In this document: positions 37,569-49,658 of the stretch, piece by piece
How positions within the stretch are numbered: the first letter of the stretch is position 1
Layout of the letters: each line of letters begins with the position of its first letter
Source of the DNA: Macrostomum hystrix
Lineage: Eukaryota; Animalia; Platyhelminthes
Assembly (NCBI GenBank): GCA_950097015.1
Contig: CATNEN010000014.1
Location: 124,001 to 188,000, forward strand
Direction of reading: 5' to 3'
Length of the DNA: 64,000 bases
Position numbers and translations under genes: made by a program
The notes under the pieces: model-generated
Seen by the model: the letters and a program-made list of their open reading frames with translations, nothing else
What the model was told of the DNA's origin: nothing
Databases searched by the model: none

Positions 37569-39457
37569 CTACTGCTGCTTCTGGGACAAGCTCAGCTCTA
37601 CTGTGCGCCTCACGTGAGAGTCAACGCATGACAGCGCGATACCAAGCTGAGCAAGGTAATAGGTAACCATGACAGCAGCGTGGGCGGCCGGAAGTGGCAG
37701 AAGGAACTTGTCGACGACAAGCGTGAGATCGCTGGCGACAAATAAAACAGCACCGAGCAGCGCGCTAATAGAGGTCCAGGCGCCGCTGTTGAGGCGAGCA
37801 GCGGCACGCCAAAGCATCGAGAAGATCAGACAGGTGTACAGCAGGCCGATGCAGCGCAGAGAGAGGCCATCGACCTGGAAAAGTAGGAAAAAAGCCTGCG
37901 ACAGTAAAGCAATCAAGAAAGTATGTTAAAAAGGGAGTTCAAACAATATTTTTGTTGTACTACGAGGCCTACTTTTAGCGTTGGTCTCGTTTTGTATAAT
38001 AGGTATCGATCAATCCCTCTCTGTTGTACTTTTCCCCACAAGTTCGTTTGCTGTGGTTTCAACCAGACTTTTCAAGTGTCAACGTTCTCCCACAAGCTCA
38101 AGCATTAACATTTATGTCTACAGTGTTAATTTATCTTCCTTTTCCTTTAAAACCTCGAGAATCTTTAAATTTCGTTAAGAACTTTTTAATTTGCTAATGC
38201 ACTAAATACGCACAATAAACGTCCTTCTAACACACACGTTAACAAATACGTTTCTATAACTAAAGTAAGATACTTCAGAACGTGCCGCACTAAATAAAAT
38301 GCTTGCATTTCGGATAAGTTCTTATTAACAGTAGATCTACCAAGGGGGGGAATCCCCCCTGACAATTTTTTTGCTGCACCCGAACGGAACAATGCAAGCA
38401 CACGAAACTCAAGAACACGGGCCAATTTTTTGTTGCGTATCTTCTGAAACAAGAAACAAGTCGCCAGCTCTTCAGACCGTCGAGATATTCAATGTTTCTG
38501 GCCGAAGGTCCGATTTTCCCCATAAGAGCTAGTGTATTTCATACACCCCTATACACGAATTTGCACTGCGCCTCAGTGCGGCCTTGCCAGGCCTTCAAAA
38601 TTTATCAGCATGTCACCCGAGTGTGCCTGCATCATCTCCGTCTTCGGTAGTCACCTACCTTTATCTAGACAGACTGCTGGACCTTTAAGGGCTACAACAG
38701 GTGGAACTAAGCTACTATGGACACCCTGATGCGAATTTCTCAACTTTCAATGCTCAAGCCAAAATACGAGTATTAGGCGCAGCTCAACCACAGGACACCA
38801 TCGCCTAGTCTGTCAACCAATCAGTCACCACCCAACGCTGTTAGCATTCGGGCGCTGCCAAAAAAATTGTCAGGGGGGAAATCCCCCCCATGGTATAAAA
38901 ACGGGCGGCAAAATGGCTTGGTAGTCCTGCTGTTAATGAGGCCTCGGAAAATAAGCTGACTTTGCCATGTAGCTAGTAGATAATCAAATAAAGATTCGCT
39001 GTCACAGTTACAAAGCACTGAAAACAACAAATAAAAACCTCACATGTGAGCACAATAATTTGGGACTCACACTCGGGATAATGCAGGCGTAGACCAGTGA
39101 GCCGGCGGCTGCCATGACAATGCCGAGGCGTCGACTGGGCGGTTGCAACCCAAATGCCAGTGTGTAGCACAACTGCGCCGCCGCAAAGCTGGCCACGCCG
39201 GTAAGGAAGCCGTCCTCGAATACCAGAGCCGCGTCACCAAGGCTAGACAGCAGCAGGCCGAGAGCGATGCGGCGGTTATAGGCGAATGCATCACCCCTGG
39301 CAATGCCCTGGCTCAGCACAAACCCAATAAGGCAGCAAACAGGAGCGAGTTTAAAGGCCAGATAGACAAGTCCACCAGGCACCTTCTCGGGAAATAGTAT
39401 GAAGAAGGCAGCCGAGGTCTTCAAGAATGGCACCAGGCGGGGCCCGACACTCTTCAG
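37569..39457 (-). CDS. TMEM86: Lysoplasmalogenase-like protein (YhhN/TMEM86); exons 39457-39071 and 37874-37569; first exon not located
   Basis: LKSVGPRLVPFLK, GLLLSSLGDAAL, YTLAFG, GAVLFVASDL, MVTYYLAQLGIALS; GT-AG phase-0 junction. Confidence 0.9.
38325..38582. repeat. TTAACAG-family repeat, copy 2 (TMEM86 intron)
   Basis: Homologous to 8853-9103; carries a G7-AAT-C6 hairpin near the start and the GCACTG/CAGTGC hairpin at the end. Confidence 0.8.
38847..38936. repeat. Inverted partial copy of the TTAACAG-family terminus
   Basis: Reverse complement reads TTAACAGCAGGACTACCAAG...GGGGGGGATTTCCCCCCTGACAATTTTTTTGG. Confidence 0.7.
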
Positions 39458-40464
39458 CTGGGTCAATGAAATAAAGGAATAAATAAATATATTTAAATAG
39501 TAATGCACGATGTTCATGACGATGTTGATAAAGCCTTAGAAAAGCGCTCCGAAAAATTTCAGATTTTCTTAGTTTTTTTATTTTTTAAACTTTAATTTAT
39601 ATTATCATATAAATGATTATTTAAGTGAGTATCATAATTTGAAAGCAGATTTTTATATCATTTATATGTTAAAACTGCCGATGTTATGTGTTATATGTTA
39701 TATTTATATTTATAGCTTATAAAACTTAGTACATCATATAACTGATTACATATTATTTAAGAGAGTAAAATTAATTTAATTATGCCAGTTGAATGAATTT
39801 TTCTGTTTTTTAAATAGGTACATTTTTATTTTGGATATTTATATTTTTATCGAATACAAATCTAATATCAAAGAAAACAGTCAAAACTTTGCTAAGTTTA
39901 TTTTTTGCTACAAAAAAAGCAATATTTTTTTAAAGCTTTAATATCCTTTTTTGTTTCACAATATGGTCGATCTTATATTTTCGTTAATTTTTTTTCTTTT
40001 TAATGAAGTCTGAAACATAATAACTTTTTTATCTAGCATAAGTTAAAAGACCAAGGAAGAAGTCAAGGCTTTATTTGGTTTTGGAAATGCATCCTTTGTT
40101 TATTTTTGCATTGGAAAGTAAGCTCCTATTCTTTTGTTTTAGTTAAGTCTACTTACTTGATGGAATTCTGAAACTTAAATAACAGTTTCTGTTTCTTGTT
40201 TTTAAGAATATAATTCAAGAGTATTAAATATATACACAATTTATAGTCACAAAGTATCAATATGAAGCTCTATGGCTTTATTTGCCCTTTTAGGCTATGC
40301 TTTTTATTTGTCTATACATTTTTTCTGCATATAGTATATAGAGCAGTCATTCTTAGTAGAGACTAGCAAGTTTTGCCCCCCTTCAGGGAGCAGAAATATT
40401 TTTAATTCGTCTTGTATATACTTTTTAGCAGCTCACCAGCTGTATTTTCAGCTTTTTTAAGCTA

Positions 40465-40819
40465 CAATGATCACCCAGTTGACAATGATAACCCAGTTGA
40501 CAATGATCACCCAGTTGACGATGATCCCCCAGTTGACAACGATCCCCCAGTTGACCATGATCCCCCAGTTGACAATGATCCCCCAGTTGACAATGATCCC
40601 CCAGTAAATGATGATCACCCAGTTGATGATGATTACCCAGTTGACGATGATCCCCCAGTTGACAACGATCCCCCAGTTGACCATGATCCCCCAGTTGACA
40701 ATGATCCCCCAGTAAATGATGATCACCCAGTTGATGATGATTACCCAGTTGACAATGATCCCCCAGTTGACAATGATCCCCCAATTGATGATGTTCACCC
40801 AGTTGGCAATGATCACCCT
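40465..40819. repeat. 18-bp satellite array (GTTGACAATGATCCCCCA)n
   Basis: Direct tandem periodicity of 18. Confidence 0.95.
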
Positions 40820-41852
40820 GTAGAGAGTTGTAAAATGTGCTTTTTGCTTAACGCGCTACTTAAAGTAATGCCATAAGGAACTCTTAGCTACAACATTTAA
40901 TCTATTTTTAGGAATGAGTCATACGCTATTTTTAGAAACAAGTCATGTGACATGAAACCGGAGAACCGGTTCTTGACAGCTGTGTTTGCTGGAATTCCAA
41001 ATATGGTAAAGCAAACAATTATGATTCATCGGTTTCTGCGTCTGTGTTTACACAATATTCCAAATATGGTAAAAACTCACAATCATGACTCACTAAACAA
41101 ATATGTGTGACCTAAGTAAACACCCGGTAGTAGAACCGGTTTTTCCCCAAAATTTTACTATAAATACAAGCGAAAATCCGAGCTAAAAATTCAGACTCGG
41201 AGCGGTCCACCGGACTTCAAAACACCTTACGAAGAAGAGGACTCATCTCTGAGGGAAAGACAAGTGGTAAGCGCTTTATTAGACAGAGTTACTTATTGCT
41301 AGCAATAGTTGTTGAATTGAACTAAGTTTACGAGAGCCACATATCGTCGATACATTTGAGAAAGGCCTCCTTGTTTCCTAGGATACATTCCTAGAGGATT
41401 ATTGATTGATTTGATTTGAGTTATCCGTTATCTTTCGGAGGTAACGAAGAAGACGCCCTTCAGGAGGACCTACTAGAGATATACAAGAGAGATTTCAATT
41501 GTTCACTAGGGCGCACGTTTCTATTGTGAATTCCGAGCTCGAGGAAACCGTCAAGTAATCTGATTCGCTCTCGTCATTTATTGGCACACAGACAAACTCA
41601 AGCAGCTACCAGGAAGACAAAGAAGACAAGACTACAAAGACTCAAGAAGCAACAGAACCGATACTTCACGGTCGACCAGCACAAGAAGAAGAACCGCCGG
41701 CTATCGAAAACCAAAGACTACAAACAACTCACTATCAAGGAAGAAGAAGAAACTGTAGTAAGTGTCACGTGACTGTTATAAATTCCTAGGCAATTGTTCC
41801 CCATTGTCTAGAAGTGGGAGTTTCGTGTGTCTGATCAACATGCAAAACTCTT

Positions 41853-42386
41853 CAACCCAGTTGACAATGATCCCCCAGTTGACAATGTTCCCCCAGTTGA
41901 AAATGATCCCCCAGTAAATGATGATCACCCAGTTTATGATTACCCAGTTGACAATGATCCCCCAATTGATGATGATCACCCAGTTGGCAATGATCACCCA
42001 GTTGACAATGATCCCCCAGTTGACAATGATCCCCCAGTTGACAATGATCGCCCAGTTGACAATGATCCCTATTTGACAATGTTCCCCCAGCTGACAATGA
42101 TCCCCCAGTAAATGATGATCACCCAGTTGATGATGATTACCCAGTTGACAATGATCCCCCAGTTGACAATGATCCCCCAGTTGACAATGATCCCGCAGTT
42201 GAAAATGATCTCCCAGTTGATAATGAACCCCCATTTGATGATGATCCCCCAGTTTACAATGATCCCACAGTAAATGGGGGCTAAGCTCTGGTTTAGCCAT
42301 GATCCCCCAGTTGATGATTATCCTGCAGTTTACCATGATCCCCTATTTTATGAAGACTCCCCAGTTGACAATGTTCCCCAGTTGAA
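41853..42386. repeat. 18-bp satellite array
   Basis: Same unit as 40465-40819. Confidence 0.95.
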
Positions 42387-42544
42387 TTTTTTATTAGCTG
42401 CTATTGTATAAAATTGAGAAGAACATTAGTTGAATATCAGACAAAATTATTTCGATACAAATGTATATCATTATGACGTTATATGATAACAAAAGCTAAA
42501 TATAGATAATTCATCAATGGCAAAAAAATTTGCTATGATTCACA

Positions 42545-43755
42545 CCCTGGTTTTGCTATGTTTCAAACTCTGGTTTAGCCATGATTCAAGCTCTGGTTTA
42601 GCCATGATTCAAAATCTGGTTTAGCCATGATTCAATCTCTGATTTTGCCATGATTTAAACTCTGGGTAAGCCATGATTCAAACGCTGGTTTAGCCATGAT
42701 TCAAACACTGGTTTAGCCATGATTCAGACTCTGGTTTAGCCATGATTCAAACTCTGGTTTAGCCATGATTCAAACTCTGGTTTTGCCATGATTCAAACTC
42801 AGGTTTTGCCATGATTCAAACTCTGGTTAGCCATGATTCAAACTCTGGTTTAGCCATGTTTCAAGCTCAGGTTTAGCCATGATTCAAGCTCAGGTTTAGC
42901 CATGATTCAAACTCTGATTTTGCTATGAAATAAAATCTGGTTTAGCCATGATTCAAACTATGGTTTAGCCATGATTCAAACTCTGGTTTAGCCATGATTC
43001 CAACTCTGGTTTAGCCATGTTTCAAGCTCAGGTTTAGCCATGATTCAAGCTCAGGTTTAGCCATGATTCAAACTCTGGTTTAGCCATGATTCCAACTCTC
43101 GTTTAGCCATGATTCAAACTCTGGTTTTTCTATGATTCAGACTCTGGTTTAGCCATGATTCAAAATCTGATTTTGCCATGATTCAAACTCTGGGTAAGCC
43201 ATGATTCAAACGCTGGTTTAGCCATGATTCAAACTCTGGTTTAGCCATGATTCCAACTCTGGTTTAGCCATGATTCAAGCTCAGGTTTAGCCATGATTCA
43301 AGCTCAGGTTTAGCCATGATTCAAACTCTGATTTTGCTATGAATTAAAATCTGGTTTAGCCATGATTCAAACTCTGGTTTAGCTATGATTCAAACTCTGG
43401 TTTAGCCATGATTCCAACTCTCGTTTAGCCATGATTCAAACTCTGGTTTAGCCATGATTCCAACTCTGGTTTAGCCATGATTCAAACTCTGGTTTAGCCA
43501 TGATTCAAACTCTGGTTTAGCCATGATTCCAACTCTGGTTTAGCCATGATTCAAGCTCAGGTTTAGCCATGATTCAAGCTCAGGTTTAGCCATGATTCAA
43601 ACTCTGATTTTGCTATGAATTAAAATCTGGTTTAGCCATGATTCAAACTCTGATTTTGCTATGAATTAAAATCTGGTTTAGCCATGATTCAAACTCTGGT
43701 TTAGCCATGATTTAAACTCTATTTGTGCAATGATTCAAACTCAGGTTTGCTATGA
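42545..43755. repeat. 23-bp satellite array (GCCATGATTCAAACTCTGGTTTA)n
   Basis: Direct tandem periodicity of 23, about 50 units. Confidence 0.95.
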
Positions 43756-44475
43756 TTTATGATATTTTATTTATGAAATACAAAAAATAAATAAAAAAAA
43801 TATTAAATCACTACTGACTGACAATTAATTTAAATGATTTGACGCAGTGCAGAGTCGAACCAGGGACACTTCGTCTAGCCTAGCCAAGCCTAACCTATTC
43901 CTAGTGCCTACACATTGGCTATTCTGACTGTTGGTTAGTGGGTGCAAAAACCAGCCTTATAAAATGAATTCTCAAAGTTCTGGCTTTGTACAATGAAGTA
44001 AAAAAATAGAGTACACTCAGTCCCGCGGTGGGTTGTGTACATTTATTTCAAATTTGTCTTCAGAGTGCAGGCTTCAAATTCAATCAGCTAGGGGTTGTTG
44101 CGCAATTTGACGATGCAATTCTAATTCAGTGGCAGTGAGTAAAATTCTCAATAGGCCAAGATGGTTTGACCTTTGAAAAATCATGTTTTTCGAATATTTA
44201 ATCCCCTTAGCAATAAAGTTAAGCTTAATAAAAATGTGTGTACAATTGTACCCATATTTAGCATCTTTTGGTAAAGAAATGGCAAAAATTGGTTGAGCCG
44301 TTTTTTCTAAAATCAATCGCATACCTAGATAGATACTCATACTCATACTCAAAAAAAGATCTCATTTTTAGTATATATAAACTAGCAAGTTTTGCCCCCC
44401 TTCGGGGAGCAGAAATATTTTTAATTCGTCCAGTATACACTTTTTAGCAGCTGTGTTTTTAGCCTTTTTTACGCT

Positions 44476-45428
44476 ACAATGATCAGTTGACAATGATCCC
44501 CCAGTTAATAATGATCCCCCCGGTTGACAATGGTCCCTCAGTCGATAATGATTCCCAGTTGATGATGATCCCCCAGTTGACAATGATCCCCCAGTTGACA
44601 ATGATCTGGGACAATGATCCCCCAGTTGACAATGGTCCCCCAGTCGACAATGATTCCCCAGTTGACAATGATCCCCCAGTTGATGATGATCCCCCAGTTG
44701 ACAATGTTCCCCAAGTTGACAATGATCCCACAGTTGACAATGATCCCCCAGTTGATGATGATCCACCAGTTGAAGATGATCACCCAGTTGACAATGATCC
44801 CCCAGTTGACATTGATCCCCCAGGTTACAATGATCCCCCAGTTGATGATGATCACCCAGTTGACAATTATCTCCCAGTTGACTATGATCCCCCATTGATG
44901 ATGATCCCCAGTTGACAATGTTACCCCAGTTGGCTATTACCCCCTAGTTGACAATGATCCCCCAGTTGATGATGATCCCCCAGTTGACAATGATCCCCCA
45001 GTTGACAATGATCTGGGACAATGATCCCCCAGTTGACAATGGTCCCCCAGTCGACAATGATTCCCCAGTTGACAATGATCCCCCAGTTGATGATGATCCC
45101 CCAGTTGACAATGTTCCCCAAGTTGACAATGATCCCACAGTTGACAATGATCCCCCAGTTGATGATGATCCACCAGTTGAAGATGATCACCCAGTTGACA
45201 ATGATCCCCCAGTTGACATTGATCCCCCAGGTTACAATGATTCCCCAGTTGATGATGATCACCCAGTTGACAATTATCTCCCAGTTGACTATGATCCCCC
45301 ATTGATGATGATCCCCAGTTGACAATGTTACCCCAGTTGGCTATTACCCCCTAGTTGACAATGATCCCCCATTTGATGATGATTCCCCAGTTTACAATTA
45401 TCCCACAGTTGACGATTATCCCCCAGTT
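44476..45428. repeat. 18-bp satellite array with a 407-bp internal duplication
   Basis: Diagnostic variants recur at +407 (GATCTGGG at 44603/45010; TGGCTATTAC at 44931/45338). Confidence 0.95.
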
Positions 45429-45963
45429 CTGGTTTAGCTTTGATTCAAACTCTGGTTTAGCCATGATATAAACTCTGGTTTAGCCATGATCAGACGCTGG
45501 TTGGCCATGATTCAAACTCTGGTTTAGCCATTATTCAAACTCTGGTTTTGCCATGATTCAAACGTAAATTTAGCCATGATTCAGACTCTGGTTTAGCCAT
45601 GATTCAAACTCTGGTTTAGCCATGATTCAAACTCTGGTTTAGCCATGATTCAAACTCTTGTTTAGCCATTATTCAAACTCTGGTTTTGCCATGATTCAAA
45701 CGTAAATTTAGCCATGATTCAGACTCTGGTTTAGCCATGATTCAAACTCTGGTTTAGCCATGATTCAAACTCTGGTTTAGCCATGATTCAAACTCTTGTT
45801 TAGCCATTATTCAAACTCTGGTTTTGCCATGATTCAAACGTAAATTTAGCCATGATTCAGACTCTGGTTTAGCCATGATTTAAGCTCTGGTTTAGCCATG
45901 ATTCAGACTCTGGTTTAGCCATGATTCAAACTCTAGTTTAGCCATGATTCAAACGCTGGTTTT
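45429..45963. repeat. 23-bp satellite array with a 138-bp higher-order period
   Basis: The variant CGTAAATT recurs at 45563, 45701 and 45839. Confidence 0.93.
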
Positions 45964-45966
45964 GCA

Positions 45967-46093
45967 AGAGAACTAATTTCCCCAGCAGCAGAGAACTAAT
46001 TTCCCCAGCAGCAGAGAACTAATTCCCCCAGCAGCAGAGAACTAATTCCCCCAGCAGCAGAGAACTAATTCCCCCAGCAGCAGAGAACTAATG
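45967..46093. repeat. Second 23-bp tandem repeat (AGAGAACTAATTCCCCCAGCAGC), about 5 copies
   Basis: Direct tandem periodicity of 23. Confidence 0.9.
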
Positions 46094-49000
46094 TTCTCCA
46101 AACAGAAGAGAACCTCCATAATACCAGAATGGAGGCTACTTGCAGGCTACCAAACTCGCAGCAAGAAATTTTTGCCCTTTTTCTTTGACAGGAAACCATT
46201 GCCCCCAAATAGCATAGAAACGATGTGTCCATCGTTTTACTCAGCCCAGAAGGCAACAAATATCTCCTGTTACATCTCCTGTTACATGTGGCACGGTAGA
46301 TACATTTAGAAAACTGTTAAACACATTTAGAAAATCGTTGGACACATTTAGAAAATCGTTTAGCACTTTAGAAAACGGTTTCGATCAGTGTTCGTCGAAT
46401 AAAGTTTTATAATTATTATTATTAAATAAGCTATTTTTTTGATCGAATAACGCTTAAAACAATGCTAAAAAAATTTGAAATAATTTACGCTCTTAGCTGC
46501 GCTCAATATTTTTTTCTTGCAGTTCTCAATTGTGATATCGCCTGCAGCTATGCACAAAAATATTTCCTTAGTTTTATTATCGAATTCCCGATACTCGAAA
46601 AAACTTATACTATTTTCTGAAAGGGAGTACAGGAATAATAAAGCTAACAAATATCTGCTTCGACAGTAGCTAACCAAAATCGCTTACTATTTATACTCGA
46701 ACCAAAAATGCCCAAAAAGTACTAATAAATAGGAACTTACGTTTTTAACTGCTGATGTTTAGAAGATTAGAAGAAAAAGAAGCAGTAACAAAACCGATGC
46801 TGAAATTCTACCTGCATTCTACAAAAGCATTAAAGTACTTTACTTCGGAGCTAGATGAAAAGAAAGCGGCACAATGATCGAAGTCGAGACAAGGTTTGAC
46901 AATAGAAAGGCTGCAGTTTTATGGATAGAAAGGAGGAGGAGAGGTCTCGCTAGCATTGAGCATCATAAAAGCCCAATCATGAAATCTGCTATGTACGTTT
47001 TGCGTATTCAAATCAAATCACTCGATCAGCCAAGAGACAAATTTATAAACGTACGTACGGGTCGAAAAGCAGTGACGCAATCCTATTCAATTGAGAGTAT
47101 CGGGCCCTGTTCAGTGCTATACCAATGCACGCGCGGGCGAGAAAAAGCACCGATGCAATCTAATAAAGCTGACAGTGTCCGGCCCTATTCTAATTTAACC
47201 TTGTTTGGCCTCCTATTGAAAGCAATAGGAAAACTCGTTTTTCGAATATTTAATATTGTTAGCATTGAAGCAGACTAACGAAATTTTCAAGGTCTCATGC
47301 CAGTAAAATTTGGCATGTTTAGCAAAAAACGCGATCAAATTTGGTTGAGGCATTTAGCCTGTGTATCGAAATTCCACAGACAGACAGACAGACAGACAGA
47401 CAGACTTTAGAGATTTAGTATAGTTGGATATATAAGACAAGCAAGATTTTCATTTTTAGTATATTAGAATATTTAGTATATTAGATTGCAGTATTCATAT
47501 TTGCAAGTCTTTAAAAATATATAATATTGTATATTGGGCAGTTATTTTTTGCAGCAATTGTAGCAGCCATATTTTCAATTCTTTTAATGTATATAGTATG
47601 TTAAGCAGTCATTTTTGATGGAGATTGCAATAGTCATTTGTAAGACTTGAATGCAATCGATACCATGGGTGTATAATTATAATTGTATAGAAATTCCAAC
47701 ATGTATTCTATGGTGACTGTTTAAAATTTGATTATATGAAAGCAGTCTGAACTTCTTTCTTTTAATGTGTAATGAATTGTCTTCTGCTATCAAATACTTA
47801 TTTAAATTAATTTCAGATGTAGTAAAACACTGTTATGAATCAAAGCACAGGTTTGAACAGCAAGGGGTTGCCACATGAAGCTGAAGGTGACTTGCTATCT
47901 GAAAGAATTATGAGCACTGAAGAATTGTAATAGAGCGAAAATAAGCATACTGTATATTGTATTTGAAATTTGACATTTTCTAAGAAACCAAAATTCAAAT
48001 TCCGATAAATGTTTTACTGCACCGAATGTTTGTTTTACCGCACTCAATTGTTTTACTGTACCCGAATGTTTGTTTTATTGCACCCGAATAATTTCGCATA
48101 AATGTTTGTTATAATTACGAGATAGGAAAAATACTATAAATACACGAGAAGTGAGGGAAAGAAAACTAACCTTGTCAAGAGCGGAAAAACATCCAAAAGA
48201 CTTGAAGGTTCAAATAAGTATCTTTCAGATTAAGTGTTCATAAAAAGAGTTATTCATTTGATATAAAGAGAGATATAAAGAAAGAGCTGTAATCCTTAGA
48301 TCATTGGTAACGCCTTAAAAGCGGACTGAACATTGCAAACCAGAACCTGCTTAACCAGCAAATATATAAATCTATACAATTGCATGAAATACGTACATTA
48401 AAGCTCGGTTACTATATATAAACGCCACCAATTCAGACTTAAATACGCTACCATTAAGAGTTAAGAGCTTTATATTGCATTAAATTATAAGAAAGGTTAA
48501 TAACCACTGTGATAACAAGTAATCGGATATTAAATATTGTGTGACAATCTTATAACAATTTTGATAATAACATTTAAACAGTAAATATAATAGAAAGAGG
48601 CCTGTAACAACTTTGGTGGCATTGTTAGGATATTGTATTGAATAGAGAGAAGCCCTAGGACAACTTTGGTGGCAGCGGAAAGGATCTAAGAAAACAGCGT
48701 GAAAGTAATAGAACAGTACTCAGAAATGTCACCTCTAATTCTGATCTTAATGGTCATGATGAACCAGCAGCCAGGTCTCCCATCACTATTCGGAAGTCAG
48801 CAGGAGACAGTAAAGAAGACAGCAGGAAGAGGAAGAAGAGAGCATGAAACGATCACGAAGGACAATTTCCACATGTTCAACAGATGCTACATGTGCGGAA
48901 CTCCAGGAACAGCAACAGTGAGGAGAACTGAAGAAGAACAGAAGGACAAAAGACCAGGTTATCATGTGTGCAGAGTCGTCCTAAGACGTTCCGAGAATAA

Positions 49001-49658
49001 ATGAAGGTTCCCGATAAGAACTCTGAAGGACAAAAACTGAATCTGTAAATAGTGTATAAACATGATTTGTATATAAATTGCGTAAAAAGACTATAAAAAG
49101 AATAAAAAGAAATACAAAAAAATAAGGTGCCTGATTGGGAGAACAAATACATCACAGAAACACAAACACACACACACACATCAATTAATGAAAAGTACAA
49201 AGATGAGACGACGTGAATTCGGTGAAACGAGAAGTCATTGTGAAAATTAGAAGTCGTTGTGACAACGAGAAGTCATGAGAAATATTTGAGAAGCTGTTGA
49301 CAAAAATTAAGAGTGCAAGAGTTACGCTTAACCTGGCCAGCTTAAAGTTCTGACCCAGCTACCGAATGCAAAGAAGTAAAAATTGGAATGTCAATTGTGC
49401 TGTCTAGCCTCATTGAAGGCTCAAGCAAAAAAGAGAACATTTCCAAGAAGGAAGTGGAGAAAAGAGATCAACAGTGGAGACAGTTAATTTAGTCTGCTCC
49501 TGAGATCTAGAGATGCCTCAAATTTGAGAAAGGGGAGAGAAGAGATCAAAAGTGGAGACAGCTAATCTAGTCTGCTCCTAAGATCTAGAGATTCCCCAAA
49601 AGTTGAGAAAATAAGATAAAATGAAATTTCGAGAAGAATCACTGTTTATCTAACCAAC

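Larger units (their letters stand above)
40363..44381 (-). mobile_element. Non-autonomous Helitron-like element A, carrying satellites
   Basis: Minus-strand 3' end: imperfect hairpin + CTAG|T at 40363; 5' end TTTATATATACTAAA with a (GAGTAT)n microsatellite at 44381. Confidence 0.65.
44382..47424 (-). mobile_element. Non-autonomous Helitron-like element B, carrying satellites
   Basis: 3' hairpin CCCC-GAAG-GGGG + CTAG at 44382; the ~100 bp next to it is similar to element A; candidate 5' end ACTATACTAAATC with (GTCT)n at 47424. The 5' boundary is inferred. Confidence 0.6.

Noticed and set aside
39509-39517. ATG AAC ATC as the TMEM86 first exon
   Set aside because: It needs a 51-nt intron with a weak GTGCAT donor and has no homology support; left unresolved.
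40820-41850. Interruption in Helitron-like element A, possibly an LTR/gag fragment
   Set aside because: No LTR pair, PBS or protein motif could be identified with confidence.
40412-45325. ORFs with VDNDPP, LGDHCQ or WGIIVN repeats
   Set aside because: Translations of the 18-bp satellite in several frames on both strands; no evidence for a gene.
46874-47278. 134-aa ORF with a weak RRGLASIE similarity to non-LTR C-termini
   Set aside because: One short motif only; insufficient support.
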